The translations under genes were made by a program, and so were the position numbers. The notes below the pieces were generated by a model. That model did no database searches and was not told where the DNA came from. It saw only the letters and a list, made by a program, of their open reading frames with translations. This document shows positions 57,890 to 64,000 of a stretch of 64,000 bases of DNA, one piece after another; the first letter of the stretch is position 1; the number at the start of each line of letters is the position of its first letter. The DNA is from Dehalococcoidia bacterium (lineage in GTDB: Bacteria; Chloroflexota; Dehalococcoidia; Bin125). The DNA lies in the NCBI GenBank assembly GCA_963663235.2, contig CAXXNO010000012.1, positions 160,001 through 224,000 on the forward strand, given 5' to 3'.

Positions 57890-58866
57890 GCCGCACCCAG
57901 GGCGAGATCGGCGAGCGAATCGAGAGTGACGCGGGCCAGCGCCCGCTTCTCCTGCGGTCCCGCCATGATGGTCTGCGTGACCACGCAGGCAGCCGCGCTC
58001 TCTTCGCGGACCGCATCGGCCAGCGCCGCGTCCTCGTGGTCGAGGACGAAGAGGTCGATGAGGTCACGGTAGAGGCGCGCCACTCCCAACGCGGAGACAT
58101 CGTGGCCGAGGCTGGCCAGGATCGCCGCGGCCGGTCCCTTCAGCGCGCGGCCGCCCACGATCGGGCTGATCGCGGCCTTCGGCGCCTTGCTGGCCAGCAG
58201 GCAATCGCGGACGCCGGGGACCGCCAGGATGGGCTCGATGGAGAGGAACGGGTTGCTCGGCGCGATGATGATGGCCCGAGCCGCCATGATCGCCTCGTGC
58301 ACGCCGGGAGTCGCGACGGCGGCCTCGGCGCCGGCGAAGCGCAGCCCCAAGACACGGTCTTGCGTGCCCCGTCGCACGAAGTACTCCTGGAAGGCCAACT
58401 CTCCGTCCGGCGTCTCCACCATCGTGCGCAGGCGGCCGTCGGTTGCGGGCAGGATCGTGACGCGCAGGCCGAGCGCCCGCGCGATCTCGGCGGTCACCGC
58501 GCTCAGCGATGCGCCCTCACGCAGGCGCTGTGTGCGGTAGAGATGTGTCCCGATATCGCGGTCGCCCAGGCGGAACCAATCGGGTCCGCCGAGGCTGCGG
58601 AGCGCATCGAGCGCGTGGAACGTCTCCCCGCGCAGGCCCCAGCCCGTTTCCGGGTTCACCAGCCCCGCGAGGGTGTACGTGACGGTGTCTAGATCGGGGG
58701 CGATGTGCAGGCCGCCCAGTTCGAAGTCGTCACCGACGTTGACGATGGCGACCACCTCATCGGGCGGCACGACCTGAACCACGCCCTCCAAGAAGCGGGC
58801 CGCACCAACCCCGCCGGCCAGCGCCACGACCGGGGTCCCGCCCTTGCTCGCGGCATCGTCGGTCAC
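57886..58866 (-). CDS. cofD: 2-phospho-L-lactate transferase (F420 biosynthesis)
   Basis: LAGGVGAARF, NVGDD, PDLDT, FQEYFV, PSNPFLSI, KGPA. Confidence 0.93.
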   Translation of the reverse strand: MTDDAASKGGTPVVALAGGVGAARFLEGVVQVVPPDEVVAIVNVGDDFELGGLHIAPDLDTVTYTLAGLVNPETGWGLRGETFHALDALRSLGGPDWFRLGDRDIGTHLYRTQRLREGASLSAVTAEIARALGLRVTILPATDGRLRTMVETPDGELAFQEYFVRRGTQDRVLGLRFAGAEAAVATPGVHEAIMAARAIIIAPSNPFLSIEPILAVPGVRDCLLASKAPKAAISPIVGGRALKGPAAAILASLGHDVSALGVARLYRDLIDLFVLDHEDAALADAVREESAAACVVTQTIMAGPQEKRALARVTLDSLADLALGAA

Positions 58867-58894
58867 GGCGGCGAGCGTAACACGCCCGGCCGCG

Positions 58895-59245
58895 CTAGCC
58901 GCCGCCGAGCGTCAGCCGGAAGAGACCCGCCGTCTCCTCTTCCTCCAGTTGCAGCGAGGCCGCAGCGCCGGGGACGTCGGGAGCGCCGAAGCGGGCCCGC
59001 AGTCGCAGCGGCCCCTCGGCGTCCAGGCGCGCCCGCTCCAGCAGTGCGCCGGACCAGGGCCCGTCCGGCCCCTCCCCTTCGACTTCGGCCTCGTGCAGGT
59101 AGCCGTCACGCCCCACGATCAAGTGCAGCGTGCAGCGCCAGCGCTCGGTGTCGTCGCGCAGCTCGATGGTGAGGTGGCGGCTGCCGTCCAGCTGGCGCTC
59201 ATCGGAGGTGGCTTCGCCGCGCAGGGTCACGGTGCCGTCCGCCAT
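58895..59245 (-). CDS. Hypothetical protein
   Basis: Compact ORF with TACCAT 6 nt upstream of ATG; fills gap co-directional with cofD. Confidence 0.55.
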   Translation of the reverse strand: MADGTVTLRGEATSDERQLDGSRHLTIELRDDTERWRCTLHLIVGRDGYLHEAEVEGEGPDGPWSGALLERARLDAEGPLRLRARFGAPDVPGAAASLQLEEEETAGLFRLTLGGG

Positions 59246-59341
59246 GCCGCGATGGTAGCGCCGCGCTTGACCCGCGGCTCCGCAGCGGCTGAGATGGGGC
59301 GAACGCCCAATCGAGAAGGTCTGTCAAGGGTGCCCCAGCCG

Positions 59342-59959
59342 ATGTCACACGACATGCCGCCAGTCATCGCCTCCTGCTCCAACTGCCGGGGCCCGGGCAG
59401 GCCGGGACCCTTCTGTCCGCACTGCGGCGTGCTCAACAGCCGTCCTGACAGCGGCGTGGTAGCGGCTTCCCGGCGGCGGCGGGGGGGCGGTCTTCTGCTG
59501 GAAGTGTTGTTGGTTCTCCTCACTTTGGGCGTGGGATGGCTCATCTGGCTGGCTAACGTCGCGCCCCGGGCGCAGACACCAGCCAAGTCGATCTTGAACA
59601 TGTACGTCCTCCGCCTCGACGGCACGCCCGCAACCGCCAGGCGGGTCTGGCTGCGTGAGATCGGGGTGAAGGTGCTGCTCTTCGGCGTCGTCAGTTCGCT
59701 GCTCGGTGGGCTGGGCTTTGTGGTGTGGCTGACAAACGCCGTCTGGCTGCTGTGGGACCGAAACCGGCAGACGCTGCACGACAAGATCGCGGAGACGATC
59801 GTGGTGTCGGCGCCGGAGGGCCTGGAATGGCGTGCGCCCGGAACCGGCCCGGGAAACGAGAGACTCGAGCAGCAGTTGCGCGAACTGGACCGCCTCCGCG
59901 ACACGGGCATGATCACCGGCAACGAATATGACAAGCGGCGCCGTCGGCTGCTGGAATGA
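59342..59959 (+). CDS. RDD family membrane protein with N-terminal zinc ribbon and C-terminal SHOCT-like tail
   Basis: CSNC..CPHCG; QTPAK..RQTLHDKIAETIVV; LDRLRDTGMITGNEYDKRRRRLL. Confidence 0.8.
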   Translation: MSHDMPPVIASCSNCRGPGRPGPFCPHCGVLNSRPDSGVVAASRRRRGGGLLLEVLLVLLTLGVGWLIWLANVAPRAQTPAKSILNMYVLRLDGTPATARRVWLREIGVKVLLFGVVSSLLGGLGFVVWLTNAVWLLWDRNRQTLHDKIAETIVVSAPEGLEWRAPGTGPGNERLEQQLRELDRLRDTGMITGNEYDKRRRRLLE

Positions 59960-60019
59960 CCGTGGCGGGAGCCAGCCCGGCCGTGGTAGTCTCCACGCCG
60001 CAGGAAACGGAGGGATTGA

Positions 60020-60607
60020 ATGCCGTACCCCGTGGATCTCGAGGTCGGTTACCCAGATCAGATGTCCCGCCTGCTCTGGCTGGTGAAGGGGTGGCTGGTC
60101 ATCCCCCACTGGATCGTCCTGGTGCTGTTTGGCTTCGTGGTCGCGCTGGCGACCTGGGTGGCGATGTTTGCCATCCTGTTCACCGGCCGCTACCCGAAGT
60201 CGATCTTCGACCTCGTCGCCAGCTACGCCCGCTGGAACGGGCGAGTGATGGCCTATGGGGCACTGCTGCGCGACGAGTATCCGCCGTTCTCCGGGGATGA
60301 GGAGCCGGGCTATCCGGTCCGCCTCACGCTGGAGGAGCCCGAGCACCTCTCGCGCTGGTTGTGGCTGGTGAAGGGGTTTCTCGCCATCCCGCACGGCATC
60401 GCGCTCATGTTCTATGCGATCGCGGTCATGTTCGTCCTGGTCTTCGTTGGCTGGGTCATTCTCTTCACGGGGCGGTTCCCGCGCGGCCTGTTCGACTTCG
60501 TGGTCGGGTACCAGCGCTGGACTCTGCGGGTCAACGCCTATGCGCAGTGGCAGATCACGGACCAGTACCCGCCGTTCTCCGGCAAGCCGTCGCGGGAGAT
60601 TCCGTAG
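60020..60607 (+). CDS. DUF4389 family membrane protein
   Basis: Duplicated LSRWL..IPH..ILFTGRYP..DEYPPF motif. Confidence 0.85.
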   Translation: MPYPVDLEVGYPDQMSRLLWLVKGWLVIPHWIVLVLFGFVVALATWVAMFAILFTGRYPKSIFDLVASYARWNGRVMAYGALLRDEYPPFSGDEEPGYPVRLTLEEPEHLSRWLWLVKGFLAIPHGIALMFYAIAVMFVLVFVGWVILFTGRFPRGLFDFVVGYQRWTLRVNAYAQWQITDQYPPFSGKPSREIP

Positions 60608-60621
60608 GCCCCCAGACACGC

Positions 60622-60650
60622 CGAGCCCCGGGATCCGGTCCCGGGGCTCG
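60622..60650. terminator. Hairpin between convergent genes
   Basis: CGAGCCCCGGGA-TCCGG-TCCCGGGGCTCG perfect 12-bp stem. Confidence 0.55.
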
Positions 60651-60708
60651 AACGTCGCTGCGTGAGGGATGAGGGTCGGCGGCTCTACCTCACGCCTAAT
60701 GCGCTCAA

Positions 60709-63603
60709 CTAACTGCAGCCGCTCGTCGCGCCGCAGTTCAGGCAGGCGAAGCAACTGCCGTTGCGCACCATGACCTGCCCGCAGTCCGGACAGGGGGGCG
60801 CGTCCAAGTCGCTGCGCGGCGGCAGATCCTGTGCTCCGCTGATGCGGGGGTAGGTGCTGAGGAAATCAGGGACCGCCGCTTCGCCGCCGGGCTCCGCTCG
60901 CGGCGCGTCCGAGGGCTTGTCGTGCAGCGGGAGCGGCGCTTGGGCCGCTGCGGCGTCCTTGCGCTCCGCGGACAGATAGCGCAGCCCCATCCAGCGGAAG
61001 ACGTAATCCAGGATCGAATCGGCGTGGCCGATCTGCGAGTTGCGGGTCCAACCGCTGGGCTCAAAGCGGCTGTGGCTGAACTTGCGCACCAGCGTCTCCA
61101 GCGGCACGCCGGACTGCAGCGCCACGCTGGTCAGAGCGCCCACCGTGTCCATCAGTCCGGAGACGGTGGAGCCCTGCTTGGAGATGTGGACGAAGACCTC
61201 GCCCGGATGGCCGTCGTCGTACTGGCCCACGGTGAGGTAGCCCTCGTGCTCGCCGATGCTGAACTTGTGCGTGACGGCGTTGCGATCGTCGGGCAGGCGA
61301 TGCCGGCGATAGGCGGGCGGGCCGGCGGCGCTATCGATCACGGTGGGCTCGTCGGATGAGGAGGTCATCCGGCCGTCCGGGGGAGAGGTGGAGGCGGAGC
61401 CGTCAACCTTGGCTCCATCCTTGCGCTCCACGGTCTCCAGCGGCTGGATGCGCTTGGAGTTGTCGCGGTAGATGGCGATGGCCTTGAGGCCCAGCTTCCA
61501 GGACTGGATGTAGGTCTCCATGATCTCCTCGACGGTGGCCTCTTCGGGCACGTTCACCGTCTTGGAGATGGCGCCGGAGAGGAACGGCTGCACCGCGCCC
61601 ATCATGCGGACGTGGCCCATGGAGGCGATGGTGCGAGCGCCGTTGGCGGGCTTGAAGGCGCAGTCGAAGACGGGGAGGTCGGCGTCGCGCAGGCCGGGAG
61701 CGCCCTCGATGGTGCCGTGCTCGTCGATGAACGCCGCGATCTCTTCGCTGTCGCTGTCGTCGTAGCCCAGCCGGGCGAGCGCGACGGGGACCGTCTTGTT
61801 GACGATCTTGAGGTAGCCCCCGCCGGAGAGGTTCTTGTATTTGACCAGGGCGATGTCCGGCTCGATGCCGGTGGTGTCGCAGTCCATCATGAAGGCGATG
61901 GTGCCCGTGGGCGCCAGCACCGTGACCTGCGCGTTGCGGTACCCGTAGAGCAGCCCCAGGCGCAGCACCTCGTCCCAGGCGTCCTGCGCGGCGGCGCCGA
62001 GGTCGGGGGGGACTGTGTCCAGTCCCTCGATGCGGCCGACGTGCTCTCGGTGCTTCTTGATGACGCGCAGGAACGGCTCGCGGTTGCTCTGGTAGGCCAC
62101 GAAGGGGCCGAGCCGCTCGGCCACGCGCGCGGACTGGGCGTAGGCCTCGCCGGTCATGACGGCCGTCAGCGTGGCGGCCATGGCCCGCCCCTCCACCGAG
62201 TCGTAGGCCAGGCCACGCGCCATCAGCAACGCGCCGAGGTTGGCGTAGCCCAGGCCCAGCGGCCGGAAATTGCTGCTGTTCTCCGCGATCTTCGCGGAGG
62301 GGTAGGACGCGTTATCGACGACGATCTCCTGCGCCGTGATCAGGATCCGGCAGGCGTGCCGGTAGGCGGGGACATCAAACGTATGCGTGTTGAGGTCGTA
62401 GAACTTGAGCAGGTTGAGCGAGGACAGATTGCAGGCCGTGTCGTTGAGGAACATGTACTCGGAGCAGGGGTTGCTGGCGTGGATGCGGTCCGAGTTGGCG
62501 CAGGGGTTCCAGTCGTTGATGGTGGTGTCGAACTGGAGGCCGGGATCGCCGCAGGTATGGGTCGCTTGCGCAACCTCGCGGAGGGCATCGCGGGCGCGGA
62601 TCTCCTGCATACGCTCGCCGGTGGTCACGGCGCGGGTCCAGTACGTGGCGTCGGTCTCCACGGTGCGCATGAATTCGTCGTTCACGCGCACGCTGTGATT
62701 GGCGTTCTGAAACGAGACCGAGGAGTAGGCGGCCCCGTTGAGGGAGCCGTCGTAGCCGCTATCGATGAGCGCCCAGGCTTTCCGCTCCTCCTCGGCCTTG
62801 CAGCGGATGAACTCCATGACGTCGGGGTGGTCGGCGTCCAGGATGACCATCTTGGCCGCGCGGCGGGTCTTGCCGCCGGACTTGATCACGTTGGCGAAGG
62901 CGTCGTAGCCGCGCATGAAGGAGACCGGGCCGGAGGGCACGCCGCCGCCGGTCAGCTTCTCGCGGCGGGAGCGGAGGCTGGAGAGGTTCGTGCCGGTGCC
63001 GCTGCCCCATTTGAAGAGCAGCGCCTCCCGCGTGGCGAGATCCATGATCGACTCCATGGTGTCGTCGACCGAGTTGATGAAGCAGGCCGAGCACTGCGGC
63101 TTCTCCACCACGCCCACGTTGAACCACACGGGGCTGTTGAAGGCGGCGAACTGGTTGACCAGGAGGAAGCGCAGCTCCTGCTCGAAGCATTCGCCCTCCG
63201 CCTCCGAGCGGAAGTAGCCGCCCTCGCGGCCCCAGCGCGCGATGGTGACGGCGACGCGGTCGACGAGCTGGCGCACGGAGGTCTCGCGCTCCGGGCCCCG
63301 GACATCGCCGTAGAAGTACTTGGAGACCACGATGTTGGTGGCGTTCTGCGACCAGAACGCGGGCACCTCCGCGTCCTTCTGCTCGAACAGCACCGCACCG
63401 CCGTCCGAGGTGATGGTGGCGGTGCGATACTCCCAAGAGATGTCGTCGTACGGGTGCCGGTCGGCGCTGGTGAACAAGCGGTCGATGAGGGGAGGCTCAT
63501 CGCTCACGCGGCCGGCCGCTTGCGGCGTGGCACTCTCCACAGCCATCGGAGCCGACGTCTGCTCGGTCAACGTGGCGGGAGCGTTCTCAGGCTGCTCGAT
63601 CAT
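60709..63603 (-). CDS. nrdJ: Class II ribonucleotide reductase, full-length with TSCPD domain and C-terminal zinc ribbon
   Basis: FNSPVWFN, CSACF, GGKTRRAAKM, SNPCSEY, APTGTI, RFEPSG, CPDC..CLNCGATSGCS. Confidence 0.95.
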   Translation of the reverse strand: MIEQPENAPATLTEQTSAPMAVESATPQAAGRVSDEPPLIDRLFTSADRHPYDDISWEYRTATITSDGGAVLFEQKDAEVPAFWSQNATNIVVSKYFYGDVRGPERETSVRQLVDRVAVTIARWGREGGYFRSEAEGECFEQELRFLLVNQFAAFNSPVWFNVGVVEKPQCSACFINSVDDTMESIMDLATREALLFKWGSGTGTNLSSLRSRREKLTGGGVPSGPVSFMRGYDAFANVIKSGGKTRRAAKMVILDADHPDVMEFIRCKAEEERKAWALIDSGYDGSLNGAAYSSVSFQNANHSVRVNDEFMRTVETDATYWTRAVTTGERMQEIRARDALREVAQATHTCGDPGLQFDTTINDWNPCANSDRIHASNPCSEYMFLNDTACNLSSLNLLKFYDLNTHTFDVPAYRHACRILITAQEIVVDNASYPSAKIAENSSNFRPLGLGYANLGALLMARGLAYDSVEGRAMAATLTAVMTGEAYAQSARVAERLGPFVAYQSNREPFLRVIKKHREHVGRIEGLDTVPPDLGAAAQDAWDEVLRLGLLYGYRNAQVTVLAPTGTIAFMMDCDTTGIEPDIALVKYKNLSGGGYLKIVNKTVPVALARLGYDDSDSEEIAAFIDEHGTIEGAPGLRDADLPVFDCAFKPANGARTIASMGHVRMMGAVQPFLSGAISKTVNVPEEATVEEIMETYIQSWKLGLKAIAIYRDNSKRIQPLETVERKDGAKVDGSASTSPPDGRMTSSSDEPTVIDSAAGPPAYRRHRLPDDRNAVTHKFSIGEHEGYLTVGQYDDGHPGEVFVHISKQGSTVSGLMDTVGALTSVALQSGVPLETLVRKFSHSRFEPSGWTRNSQIGHADSILDYVFRWMGLRYLSAERKDAAAAQAPLPLHDKPSDAPRAEPGGEAAVPDFLSTYPRISGAQDLPPRSDLDAPPCPDCGQVMVRNGSCFACLNCGATSGCS

Positions 63604-63782
63604 GGCGCGACTTCGCTTTCCTTATGCCCTGCGCACTCCGCACAAACGCTGAGTAGGCGCATTGCGGCGCCCGACCTAGAACAAATGTGTCATTATGTCG
63701 CTTACGCACAAGGGCTACAACCCTTGAACAATTATGCGGACAGGTACGCACAATGGCATAGCTAGCGTCGTTGTCAACCCCT

Positions 63783-63798
63783 CCGCTACATATTGCGG
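63783..63798. promoter_or_regulatory. NrdR box upstream of nrdJ
   Basis: CCGCTACATATTGCGG matches core of acaCwAtATaTwGtg consensus. Confidence 0.65.
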
Positions 63799-64000
63799 CA
63801 ACTCCTATTGGGAGGATTGGGCGCTGCGCCGGTTTGGTCCCGGTGCGGCAGCGTCTCGACCATCGCGCAGCGGATATGAGTGAGACCGTCCCACCGTGAA
63901 GCAAGCAACGCGATGAACGTTTCCCTCCCACCCCTCGTGCCGACCGGCGCCGGCTCGACATCCCACACCGACCCCGACGCCGCCGCAGAGGACGTCCTGC

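Noticed and set aside
61612-63765. Long antisense/overlapping ORFs (e.g. 61612-63765, 18468-20372, 32034-33773, 37057 extension)
   Set aside because: Typical high-GC shadow frames overlapping well-supported genes.

Overview
High-GC bacterial chromosome segment, most consistent with Chloroflexota (Dehalococcoidia/SAR202-like). This is inferred from the Gram-positive-type LexA box, rny-ymdB, F420 genes cofCD, and expanded LLM/CoA-transferase/Mo-hydroxylase paralogs. Layout: (1) 1-12.8 kb housekeeping block: ftsZ, nrdR-nrdJ, histone H1-like protein, yggS-proC-yggT, recA-recX-rny-ymdB-PHP-fabZ, tRNA-Asp. (2) 12.9-44.4 kb catabolic/accessory block: desaturase, 84-nt repeat protein, amidohydrolases, LLM, a coxS-L-M-L-like Mo-hydroxylase cluster, three family III CoA-transferases, an oxalate-CoA ligase/PanE2-like pair, EamA transporters, racemase. 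(3) 42.8-55.8 kb thiol/selenol redox-rich block. (4) cofCD, membrane proteins and a second, full-length nrdJ. The strongest signal missing from the ORF track is three genes split by an in-frame UGA, each followed by a SECIS-like hairpin: an AhpD/CMD-family CxxU protein (42812-43375), a HesB-like CC/Se-type GUGG protein (48504-48809, minus) and a UGSC protein (55234-55761). The UGSC protein's UxxCxxC motif resembles glycine reductase GrdB and it is co-transcribed with a redoxin-fused partner, a candidate uncharacterised selenium-dependent reductase system. Also noted: a Crp/Fnr locus with two CRP-like boxes and two disabling lesions, a recurring leaderless-promoter signature, and two architecturally different class II RNRs. 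All calls are from motif recognition by eye; no database searches were run.
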